64,000 nt of DNA from an uncultured Alphaproteobacteria bacterium (lineage in GTDB: Bacteria > Pseudomonadota > Alphaproteobacteria > Rhodobacterales > Rhodobacteraceae). The stretch is from NCBI GenBank assembly GCA_963703195.1, contig OY969797.1, positions 2,127,569 through 2,191,568 on the forward strand, in the 5' to 3' direction. A program made the position numbers and the translations under genes. The notes beneath the pieces were generated by a model. It saw only the letters and a program-made list of their open reading frames with translations. It ran no database searches and was not told where the DNA came from. Positions 41,576 to 50,306 of the stretch are shown one piece after another (the first letter of the stretch is position 1; the number at the start of each line of letters is the position of its first letter).

Positions 41576-42817
41576 ATGAAACTCAACGGCCCCTTCCTCT
41601 TCATCCTCGCGACCCTGATGATCGACGCCATCGGCATCGGAATCGTCTTCCCGATCATGCCAGACCTGATGGACCGCGTCGGTGCGGGCAGCACGGCTGA
41701 GGGCGCGTTCTGGGGCGGTGTGATGATGTCGGCCTATGCCGCAGCGATGTTCCTGTGCGGGCCGATCGTGGGCAGCCTGTCGGATGCCTACGGACGCAGG
41801 CCGGTCCTGATCGCGGCATTGGCCACGCTCGCGCTCGACTACGTCATCATGGCTGTGGCGCAGACCTATTGGGTGCTGCTCATCGGGCGCGTGATCGCAG
41901 GGATGGCGGGGGCGACCTACATCACGGCGACCGCCTATATCTCGGACATCGCCAAACCTGATGAGCGTGGCGCGGCCTTCGGCATGATCGGCGCCGCCTT
42001 CGGGATCGGGTTCGTCTTCGGGCCTGCGCTGGGGGGTGTCGCATCGGGCTGGCACATCACCGCACCCTTCTGGATCGCGGCGGGGCTCTCCACGCTCAAC
42101 GTGATCTTCGGGCTGCTGATCCTGCCGGAATCGCTGAAACAGGAAAACCGACGGCCCTTCGGGCGGCGCGACCTCAATCCTTTCGGCGCCATCATCCGGG
42201 CCTTCGCAATCCCCGGTCTCGCGATCCCGCTCATCTGCATCTTCGTCTTCGAGCTTGCGAATATGGTCTATCCCTCGCTCTGGGCGTTCTGGGGGCGCGA
42301 GGTCTTCGGCTGGGACGGCTTCATGATCGGCCTGACGCTGTCGGCCTACGGCGTCCTGATCGCGGTTGTGCAGGCCGGGATCCTGCCCCGGATGACCCGC
42401 CGTTTGGGCGATTACCACACGCTTCTGATCGCCACTGCCACAGCGGTGATCGGGCTGGTGGGCTTCGGCTTCACGACCGCAGCTTGGGCCGTGGCCGTCG
42501 TCCTGCCCATCGCGTCGCTTGCCGATATGGCTCCGCCGCTGCTCACGGCCTTTGCGGCAAACCGTGTGGGTGAAGACATGCAGGGGCTGGTTCAGGGCGT
42601 GATCGCCTCTCTCGCCTCCGTCGCGGCGGTCTTGGCGCCACTGGCGCTGACCGGCGTGTTCGAACAGTTCGTGACCGGCACGGGGATCTACTTCCCCGGC
42701 GCGCCGTTCCTCGTCGCGGCGGTCCTGGTTCTCGCGACCGTGCCGCTGGTCCTGCGGCTCAACCCGGCGAGATGGACGAACGGGCGCAGGATCAAGGGTG
42801 ACCCGCCGGCGCGTTAG
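41576..42817 (+). CDS. TCR/Tet (DHA1) family MFS efflux transporter
   Basis: DAIGIGIVFP, GSLSDAYGRRPVL, GR.IAG..GAT, GF..GPALGG. Confidence 0.9.
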   Translation: MKLNGPFLFILATLMIDAIGIGIVFPIMPDLMDRVGAGSTAEGAFWGGVMMSAYAAAMFLCGPIVGSLSDAYGRRPVLIAALATLALDYVIMAVAQTYWVLLIGRVIAGMAGATYITATAYISDIAKPDERGAAFGMIGAAFGIGFVFGPALGGVASGWHITAPFWIAAGLSTLNVIFGLLILPESLKQENRRPFGRRDLNPFGAIIRAFAIPGLAIPLICIFVFELANMVYPSLWAFWGREVFGWDGFMIGLTLSAYGVLIAVVQAGILPRMTRRLGDYHTLLIATATAVIGLVGFGFTTAAWAVAVVLPIASLADMAPPLLTAFAANRVGEDMQGLVQGVIASLASVAAVLAPLALTGVFEQFVTGTGIYFPGAPFLVAAVLVLATVPLVLRLNPARWTNGRRIKGDPPAR

Positions 42818-42837
42818 CCCCCTTGCCGAGGTCGAAG

Positions 42838-43485
42838 TCAGGCGGGCGTGAGCCTGCCGCCCAGCGTGCGCATCGTCCAGTCGGCAAATTCAATCAACAG
42901 CGCGTCAGACGCCGTGTCGAACGCGCGGATCAGCACCGGCGTTTCCGTCGTGGCGGCGCGCGCGCTGCTGGTGAAGCTGCGGGTGGCGATCACGCGCGCA
43001 TCGCTTTCACGGATGATCCGGGAGGTCATGCGGATGACCACCTGCGCGCCCTCTCCCTGCCCCACGGTATCGGCATGAAAATCGATCAGCTCGGTCAGAA
43101 TGGCGAAATCACCGCTCCCGGCCAAGGGTCTGCGCCCGACGTAGCGCAGGCCGCCGGTATTTTGCAGCGTCCGCACCAGCAGTGTCTGCATCAGAACAGG
43201 CGCCTCGTCGCCCCAACGGGCATCGGGCAGGTACTGCGCCTGCAGTTCATCGGGGCGGATCATGATCCGGTCGGTGACAAGCACACCGCCCGATGTCGGC
43301 AGTTCCACCACCACATCGCGCGCCAGTGGCCCACCGCGCGCCACGGGTGCACCGTCAGGCGCGCGCAGGTCATAGACGTCGAGCGGTGTGCTCGCATCCC
43401 CCAGAACACCGAGTGCGGCACATCCCGCCACCATGGAGGCCAGCAGGATGGACAGGAACGCTCTTGAAATGGCTGCCATGGTCAT
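42838..43485 (-). CDS. PqiC/ABC-type auxiliary lipoprotein
   Basis: Lipobox VAGC; TDRI, ARW...P; last gene of the MCE operon. Confidence 0.82.
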   Translation of the reverse strand: MTMAAISRAFLSILLASMVAGCAALGVLGDASTPLDVYDLRAPDGAPVARGGPLARDVVVELPTSGGVLVTDRIMIRPDELQAQYLPDARWGDEAPVLMQTLLVRTLQNTGGLRYVGRRPLAGSGDFAILTELIDFHADTVGQGEGAQVVIRMTSRIIRESDARVIATRSFTSSARAATTETPVLIRAFDTASDALLIEFADWTMRTLGGRLTPA

Positions 43486-43492
43486 ACGCGGA

Positions 43493-45211
43493 TCACCTTC
43501 GGAATGTGGGTGCTTGGGAATCGAGGAAGAAGCGCGCGGGGTCGCGCTGGATCTGCTGGGTCAAACGGTCGAGATTGCTCACGAGCGTGCGCGTCTCCTC
43601 GGCAAGACGTGTATACAGCGGCAGACCTGTCCGCGAGAAGTCGATGACGGATGGACCCGCCGACGAAATCGTACCCTGAAGCCCGGCAAAGGCGGCTTCG
43701 GCGGATTGGCCCGCGGCCCGCAGATCGGCGGTGATGCCGGGGATGTCCGCGGACACCTGCGCGATGGCGCCGTTCAGCGCCGTCATGCTCTCCTGCAACC
43801 CGTCGATCAGCCCGTCCAGATCCTCATTGATGAGCCGGTCCGCGCCGGTAAAGGCACCTTCGGCAGCTTCCAGCGTCCGGTTTCCGGTCTCCATCGCCGT
43901 GTTGATCGCCGCGAGCGTCTCGTTGGCATTGGCAAACGTGGCAGTTACCGTGGCAAGGGTGTTGTCCGCCGACAGGCTCAGCGCGTCGATCCGTCCGCTT
44001 GCGGCCGAGAGGTCCGCGCCCACATCCGTGATCACCGTGCTGGCAGTTTGCGCCGCCGTCCGGATATCGGCCATGATCTGGGGCAGATCGTTTTCTGCCG
44101 CGGCACCGATCGTGGCAACGGCCGCATCGACCTGCGCCACCGCTGCACGCGCCTCCGAAAGCAACGGCGCGCCCTCGGTCTCGAGCAGGGCATCAAAGCG
44201 CGCCGCCGCCGCGTCGACAGTCCCGATGGCCTCCGTCAGGCGCGACAGAACCGTATCGACCGATGAAAGCGTGGTTTCGGCCTCCGTCAGGCGGGTCGTC
44301 GCGGTGGCCCCTGTGGTATTGAGTGTCGCCATCATCCCGCGCGCATCGGTGCCGATGGCGGCAACCTCCTCGCGCAGCGTCACGAGCGTATCGCGCAGCT
44401 CCTGCGTTGTGGCCGTCAGATCCTCGGCGAGGTAGGATTGAGCCGTGTTCAGCGTCGCCGTCCCGGTCTCCAGCAGGGTTTCCGCCTCCCCCGACAGGGC
44501 GTTGATGCGCGTCAGCGTCGTATCCGCGTTTTGCATCAACCCCTCGAAATCGTCCGAAAGATCGACAAGGAGCTGGCTCACGTTGGCGATCTGGCTCGCG
44601 AACTCGTTTGCCGAGCCCGCGAATTCGGAAAACCCCTCCAGCGTCGCGGAGAAGGTCTCCGATGTCTCGGCCACATTGGCGAGGATCAGCTCGATCTGTG
44701 CCCGGTTCCGCTCCCCGAAAAGCTCGTTGAGCGCATCGACCGTTTCTAGCGTCTGGGCGACCAGCTCGGGCGCATCCTCGGTGAGCGACTGAATGACCGA
44801 ACGCCCGGCGGTGATTTCGGGAAAGGGTATGGCATCCGTAGGCTCAAGCAGCGGCACCGAGGGCGAGCCGGGCGCGATCTGGACGAAAGACACGCCCGTT
44901 ACGCCCTGCGCCTCGATGGTCGCGACACTATCCTCGCGGACCGGCGTGTCCGCGTCCACCTCGACGCGCACGAGGATCGTGCCATCGCGGTCGGGGGACA
45001 GGCGCACATCCACGACCTGACCCACCGGCAACCCGCTGAAGCGCACGTCGGAGGCTGCCGACAAGCCTGCAACCGATGAAAACCGGACTTCGTAATAGTC
45101 GAACTGCCGGTCGAGCTCGACCTGCGCGAACCAGAGCACCACGGCCACGAGGCCCAGAAGCCCCGCAAGGGTGAAAGCGCCGATCAGAATGAAATTGGCC
45201 CGCGTTTCCAT
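43493..45211 (-). CDS. MCE (MlaD/PqiB-like) protein with long helical region
   Basis: METRANFILIGAF, VAGLS..SDVRFSGLPVGQV, QGVTG; C-terminal DPARFF. Confidence 0.9.
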   Translation of the reverse strand: METRANFILIGAFTLAGLLGLVAVVLWFAQVELDRQFDYYEVRFSSVAGLSAASDVRFSGLPVGQVVDVRLSPDRDGTILVRVEVDADTPVREDSVATIEAQGVTGVSFVQIAPGSPSVPLLEPTDAIPFPEITAGRSVIQSLTEDAPELVAQTLETVDALNELFGERNRAQIELILANVAETSETFSATLEGFSEFAGSANEFASQIANVSQLLVDLSDDFEGLMQNADTTLTRINALSGEAETLLETGTATLNTAQSYLAEDLTATTQELRDTLVTLREEVAAIGTDARGMMATLNTTGATATTRLTEAETTLSSVDTVLSRLTEAIGTVDAAAARFDALLETEGAPLLSEARAAVAQVDAAVATIGAAAENDLPQIMADIRTAAQTASTVITDVGADLSAASGRIDALSLSADNTLATVTATFANANETLAAINTAMETGNRTLEAAEGAFTGADRLINEDLDGLIDGLQESMTALNGAIAQVSADIPGITADLRAAGQSAEAAFAGLQGTISSAGPSVIDFSRTGLPLYTRLAEETRTLVSNLDRLTQQIQRDPARFFLDSQAPTFRR

Positions 45212-45217
45212 ATTGGC

Positions 45218-46030
45218 TCAATTCGTCCCTTCAGAGCTATCCGCCGCATCCTTGGTGTCGAGGGCAGCACGCGCCCGAGGGCCATGAAAATACTCATGAA
45301 CCCAAGGGTGATCGACTGCAAGCATATCATGCATCGTTCCCGATACCAGCACCCGCCGCTCCGCGAGTACCGCAATACGGTCACAGCAGGCGTGCAGCGT
45401 GTCGAGATCGTGGGTCACCAGAAATACCGTGAGGCCCAGCGCGCGGCTCAGCTCCCGGATCAGGATGTCGAACTCGGCGGCACCGATGGGATCGAGCCCG
45501 GCGGTGGGCTCATCAAGAAACAGGATCGGCGGATCGAGCGCGAGCGCTCGCGCAAGACCGGCGCGCTTGCGCATGCCGCCCGACAGCTCAGAGGGGTATT
45601 TGTCTCCCGCAAAGAACTCCAGCCCGACCATGGAGATCTTGAGATCCGCGAGCGCCACCCGGATCGCCGGATCGAGACCTTCGACGGCGCGCAGGGGCAC
45701 CTCGACATTCTCGCGCACCGTCAGCGATGAAAAAAGCGCGCCGTCCTGAAACATCACACCCCAGCGCGCCGCTGTACTGCGCTCCGATTTCTGTTCACCG
45801 TTCAGCACATCATCGCCCAGAACCGTGACACTGCCTTCCTTGGGCGGGTTCAACCCGATGATCGTGCGCAAAAGCACGGATTTGCCGGTGCCGGATCCGC
45901 CGACCACGCCCAGGATCTCGCCCTCGTAGATGTCGAGATCGAGGTCTTCATGCACGACCTGCTTGCCGAACTGGTTGCGCAGGCCGCGGATCGAGATGAC
46001 GGTCTTGCGGTCCTCGGGCGCCACGCTCAT
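45218..46030 (-). CDS. MCE-system ABC ATPase (MlaF-like)
   Basis: GGSGTGKS, FQDGALF, LSGGMRKR, LDEPTAGLDP, THD. Confidence 0.93.
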   Translation of the reverse strand: MSVAPEDRKTVISIRGLRNQFGKQVVHEDLDLDIYEGEILGVVGGSGTGKSVLLRTIIGLNPPKEGSVTVLGDDVLNGEQKSERSTAARWGVMFQDGALFSSLTVRENVEVPLRAVEGLDPAIRVALADLKISMVGLEFFAGDKYPSELSGGMRKRAGLARALALDPPILFLDEPTAGLDPIGAAEFDILIRELSRALGLTVFLVTHDLDTLHACCDRIAVLAERRVLVSGTMHDMLAVDHPWVHEYFHGPRARAALDTKDAADSSEGTN

Positions 46031-47157
46031 ATCCCGATCTGAGCGAAGAAGATGGAAAAGAGCGCGTCGGCCACGATGACCGCAAAGATGGACGCGACCA
46101 CCGAGGCCGAGGTCATCTGGCCCAAGGATTCAGCATTGCTCTTGACCTGCATGCCCGCGTGACAGCCGACCACCCCGATGATGAGCGCGAAGACCGGCGC
46201 CTTGATCATCCCGACGATCAGATGGCTCACATCCGTCCCCTCGACGAGGCGCGTTGTGAACATGGCGGGTGAAATGCCCAGCTCCACCCAGGACATGATG
46301 CCCCCGCCCAACAGCCCCATCAGATTGGCCACCAACCCCAGGATCGGCAGCATCAGGAAAAGCGCGAGGATACGCGGCACGAAGAGGATCATCGCCGGGT
46401 CGAGCCCGAGGCTGCGCATGGCGTCGATCTCCTCGCGCATCTTCATAGAGCCGATCGCCGCCGTGAAGGCGGAGGCGGAGCGGCCCGCGACGATGATCGA
46501 GGTCAGCAAAATACCGAGTTCCCGCAGAATGGAGATCGCGATCAGATCGACGACGAAAACCTCCGCGCCAAACTGGCGCAACTGGGCCGAGCCCTGAAAG
46601 GCGAGCACCACACCGATGAGGAAGGCCATCAACGCGACGATGGGCACGGCCTTCAGGCCGACCTCCTCGCAGTGATGGACGAGCGCTGTCAGCCTGAACT
46701 CGCTCGGGTGGCGGACGGATCGCGCCAGCCGCGCGAGGAACAGGCCGAAGTAGCCGGTCAGTGCCGCCAGGAACCCCGCGCCACCCGACACCGATTTGCC
46801 GAGCTGTGCGATCCGGTCCGCGAGGCTTGGCCGTTCCGGGGGAACTTCCTCGGGATCCGGCATCGCCGCCGCCACAGTCCTGAGCAGGCTCGACGCGCCT
46901 TCTGCCGCGCCGGTGATCTCGACCTGCTGGCCCGCGGCTGAACCGCGTTCGCGCAAGCCCGTCAGAACCCAAGCGGCGGCGGTGTCAAAGCGGGTGACGC
47001 CGGACAGGTCCACATGGATCGTGCGATCATCCGGAAGACCGCGCAGCCGGGCCGCGAGATCGGTCACCTCAAGCACCGTAAAGGCACCCTGCAGCGTCAC
47101 CGTGACACCGCCGTCCGCTGATGCAATCTGGATGTCGGAAGCCGAAATCTGGTCCAT
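46027..47157 (-). CDS. MlaE-family permease with N-terminal STAS domain
   Basis: DLSGVTRFDTA (STAS); LRELG, AGRSASAF, EEIDAM. Confidence 0.92.
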   Translation of the reverse strand: MDQISASDIQIASADGGVTVTLQGAFTVLEVTDLAARLRGLPDDRTIHVDLSGVTRFDTAAAWVLTGLRERGSAAGQQVEITGAAEGASSLLRTVAAAMPDPEEVPPERPSLADRIAQLGKSVSGGAGFLAALTGYFGLFLARLARSVRHPSEFRLTALVHHCEEVGLKAVPIVALMAFLIGVVLAFQGSAQLRQFGAEVFVVDLIAISILRELGILLTSIIVAGRSASAFTAAIGSMKMREEIDAMRSLGLDPAMILFVPRILALFLMLPILGLVANLMGLLGGGIMSWVELGISPAMFTTRLVEGTDVSHLIVGMIKAPVFALIIGVVGCHAGMQVKSNAESLGQMTSASVVASIFAVIVADALFSIFFAQIGI

Positions 47158-47524
47158 GTCCGCGATGTTATGCGATCCGTCACAGACAGGACAGATCGAA
47201 TCAGCGCGCGCCGAGCAGCGGGACCGACGTCATGCGAGAACTGCTCCCGAAGGCGGTGGCAGAGGACCCGGGCGCCACCTGTGTCTCACGCTCCGCGCCA
47301 CCGGAATCTTTCCAGCACCCCGCGTTGGTTGGCGCCGACGGCGCCACCGGGAGGATCAAAGCCGTCGGCAAGCAATGGCCTCCGCGCAAACCTGACGCCG
47401 TTCCGGCAGATCAGAAGCGCGGCGGATTTTTCCCGCCACACGTGCAATTGCACGCCCAATGTACTGTATGCGCGCCTGCTTTGCCCAACAGCCTTGCCAA
47501 ACGTCCTGCAAATGCCGACACTGA

Positions 47525-47540
47525 TTAACATTAAATTAAC
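47525..47540 (+). promoter_or_regulatory. CtrA-type box TTAA-N7-TTAAC
   Basis: TTAA CATTAAA TTAAC exact consensus match, ending 57 bp before ATG 47597. Confidence 0.6.
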
Positions 47541-47596
47541 GAATATTGACATTGGGTCGCTTTTTTTCTGGCCCGACGCACATTGGAGGTCTGCCT

Positions 47597-48538
47597 ATGG
47601 CATTGGATCTGAAAGAGGTTGCGAGCGGTCTGGGGTTTCCCGAGGGGCCGGTCGCCATGGCGGACGGCACGCTGCTGTTCGTCGACATCAAGAATGAAAC
47701 GCTATGTCGGCTGGGTACGGATGGGACCGTGTCGGTGGTCGCGCATATGCCCGGCGGCCCGAACGGCGTCGCGATCGGGCCCGACGGCGCGGCCTATGTG
47801 TGCAACAATGGCGGTGCCTACGGGTTTGTCCCGTTCGATGCAGGTCATGGCCCCATCACCGTGCCAAGTCCGGACCGGCCTGACTATACCGGCGGCAAGA
47901 TCCAGCGCGTGGATCTGGATACGGGCGAGGTCACACCGCTCTACGATTCCTACCGCGACAAGAACGGCGAGCACAAGCTGCTGGCGCCGGACGATATCGT
48001 TTTCGATGACAACAAGCATTTCTATTTCACCGAGACGGGGATGCAGGACGACTATAAACTGCAGAAAGGCGGTGTGTACTACGCCGCCTGTGACGGCTCC
48101 TCGATCACCAAGGTTGCGACCGTCGACATGGCGAACGGCGTGGGCCTCTGTCCCAAGGGCAAGGTCCTTTATGTGTCCGACACGATCTTCGGCAGGCTCT
48201 GGGCGCTGGACCTCGAAAGCCCGGGCAAGGCCAAGCCCGGCCCGATGCCAGGTATGCCGGGACGGGTGATCCAGACCCTGCCGGGCTATCAATGGCTCGA
48301 CAGCCTCAAGGTGGAGGCGGACGGCAAGATCTGCGTCGGCACGATCTTCAATCCCGGCATCACCGTATTCGACGCGGACGGCAGTCATGAGCTGTTGTCG
48401 GTGCCGGACCTCTTCACGACCAACCTGTGCTTCGGGGGCGATGACATGCGCGATGTCTGGATCACCGCGTCGAGCACCGGCAAGATCTACAAGACGCGCT
48501 GGCCGCGGCCGGGGCTGAAGCTCGCCTACAACGCCTGA
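47597..48538 (+). CDS. SMP-30/gluconolactonase/LRE family beta-propeller
   Basis: GFPEGPV, GPNG.AIGPDG, PDD, ANGVGL, LDSLKV, TNLCFGG; GGAGG RBS. Confidence 0.9.
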   Translation: MALDLKEVASGLGFPEGPVAMADGTLLFVDIKNETLCRLGTDGTVSVVAHMPGGPNGVAIGPDGAAYVCNNGGAYGFVPFDAGHGPITVPSPDRPDYTGGKIQRVDLDTGEVTPLYDSYRDKNGEHKLLAPDDIVFDDNKHFYFTETGMQDDYKLQKGGVYYAACDGSSITKVATVDMANGVGLCPKGKVLYVSDTIFGRLWALDLESPGKAKPGPMPGMPGRVIQTLPGYQWLDSLKVEADGKICVGTIFNPGITVFDADGSHELLSVPDLFTTNLCFGGDDMRDVWITASSTGKIYKTRWPRPGLKLAYNA

Positions 48539-48572
48539 AGCGTGGGCGCCGGAAAATCTGGGGGGATGACGC

Positions 48573-49586
48573 ATGGACGATCACGCGATTGCAGAGGAGC
48601 TGGTCCGCGAGCTGGCGCGGCCCGACGGCAGCCCCAAGCTGCGCCCCGTGCACACCATCGGCGTCGGGGTGACCGGTCACTTCCGCGCCTCCGACATCGC
48701 GGGCGAATATTGCAAGGCGGCGCATTTTCAGGGGGATGTCATCCCGGTGACGATGCGCTTTTCCAATGGGTCGGGGAGTGCGACGCCGCATGACGGCTGG
48801 TCGGATGTGCGCGGCATGGCCACGCGCTTTCACCTGCCGGACGGCAGTGCGACGGATCTGGTGTGCATGACCCTGCCAGAATTCTTCGCGCCCACGCCGA
48901 AGACGTTCCTCGACTTTACCATCGCGGCGAAACCGGTCCCGGTGCAACGTGAAAGCCCCTGGAACAAGTTCGTCGGGATGCTGCGCCTCATGCCGCCCAT
49001 GCCCGATCCCTACCCCGGCGAGACGATCAGCCCGAACCCCGGCGGCATCGCCTATGCCAACGCCCATGCCCATGCGCAACTGGCAGTGTTCGAGGCCGCC
49101 TCCATCGGTGCGCCGCAGAGCTATGCCCGCGCGTCCTACCACGCGGTGCATACCTTCATCGTGACCGGCGCGGACGGCGTGCGCCGCTGGGTTCGCTTCA
49201 CCTGGCAGCCGGTGGCGGGCGTGCTCAACACGGACCCGCTGAAAACGCCCGAGGATGAATACCTGCAAGCCGAGATGCGCGCCCGGCTGGCAAAGGGAAC
49301 GGCACGCTTCACCCTGACCATGGTCATCGGCGAGACCGGGGATGCCTTCAGCGATTCCACCAGACCCTGGCCGCCGCACCGGCGCCGCATCGAAATGGGC
49401 GAGCTTACGCTGGAGCATGTGCCGCAGGACCAGATCGAGGGCTGCGAGCGGCTGAGCTTCAATCCGTGGCTGCTTACCGAAGGAATCGAGCCGTCGGATG
49501 ATCCGATCCTGCACGTGCGCAAGCATGCCTATGAGTATTCTGCGAAACTGCGCGGCGGCAATGCCTGCCCCTTCTCGAGGAGTTAG
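48573..49586 (+). CDS. Small catalase-like heme protein (SrpA/catalase-related peroxidase family)
   Basis: RPVH (distal His), RFSNG, DVRGMATRF, FNP...GIEPSDDPIL..R..AY (proximal Tyr). Confidence 0.85.
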   Translation: MDDHAIAEELVRELARPDGSPKLRPVHTIGVGVTGHFRASDIAGEYCKAAHFQGDVIPVTMRFSNGSGSATPHDGWSDVRGMATRFHLPDGSATDLVCMTLPEFFAPTPKTFLDFTIAAKPVPVQRESPWNKFVGMLRLMPPMPDPYPGETISPNPGGIAYANAHAHAQLAVFEAASIGAPQSYARASYHAVHTFIVTGADGVRRWVRFTWQPVAGVLNTDPLKTPEDEYLQAEMRARLAKGTARFTLTMVIGETGDAFSDSTRPWPPHRRRIEMGELTLEHVPQDQIEGCERLSFNPWLLTEGIEPSDDPILHVRKHAYEYSAKLRGGNACPFSRS

Positions 49587-49589
49587 AGC

Positions 49590-50306
49590 ATGTCCGATCA
49601 AGGTGGTTGGCTCAACCGTTTCGTAAACAGCCTGCCCGACCGTGGCTGGTTCCAGTTCCTGTCACGCTATATCGTGGTGCCCTACTGGGTCTGGAAAGAC
49701 CCAAAGCCGAAGCTGCCCGGCGGGCCGCGCCCCTCGCCGCAGCCGAGCGAGAACGTACAGCGCATGATGAACCTGATCATGCCTCTGCGCGATCCTTCGC
49801 CGGTGGGGCGGGCCAAGGCCGTGCTGGCCATCGCCCAGAACGTGGACGAAATCTTCGACGGGCTCGACAACGTCGGCACCGTCCACACGGCGCGGTTCCT
49901 GCTGCTGGGGGACAACCTCTGCATGATTTCCGTCTATGACGGCGATTTCAGCAACTACATCCGCGATTTCATCGAAACGATAGGCTCCGTCTTCGACGAT
50001 GTGATGCGGCTGGTGGAGGGGGGCGATGCGCTGATCCCCACCACCCATAACGTCGAGGCGTTCATCGACTGGGTGCACGCGCATGACCTGTTTCAGGCCC
50101 CCGATTTCCCGACCGACCTCTTTACCTTGCAGGATCAGGCGAAGGGCATCGGGCCTGACGGGCCGCCGCATGAGTTGATGACGCTCCCCCGCGAGCTGGT
50201 GCTGCAACTGGCGGCGAACCCGGACATTTCGCTTGGCGGGGGCTACCGCGCCTACCCCGGCATTTCGGTCGGACAGGTGCGCAACAAGTTCGAGATGGGC
50301 TGGTGA
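49590..50306 (+). CDS. Uncharacterised protein of a type associated with DyP genes
   Basis: GTVHTARF, S.YDGD...YI.DF, F..W, Y.AYP..SV..V; tightly coupled to neighbours. Confidence 0.7.
   Translation: MSDQGGWLNRFVNSLPDRGWFQFLSRYIVVPYWVWKDPKPKLPGGPRPSPQPSENVQRMMNLIMPLRDPSPVGRAKAVLAIAQNVDEIFDGLDNVGTVHTARFLLLGDNLCMISVYDGDFSNYIRDFIETIGSVFDDVMRLVEGGDALIPTTHNVEAFIDWVHAHDLFQAPDFPTDLFTLQDQAKGIGPDGPPHELMTLPRELVLQLAANPDISLGGGYRAYPGISVGQVRNKFEMGW

Noticed and set aside
41576-42817. Acquired tetracycline resistance gene
   Set aside because: TCR/Tet-family motifs only; no tetR or mobile context; substrate cannot be assigned
47121-47697. ORFs in the MlaE-lactonase spacer
   Set aside because: No motifs or RBS, and they overlap promoter-like AT-rich sequence and real genes
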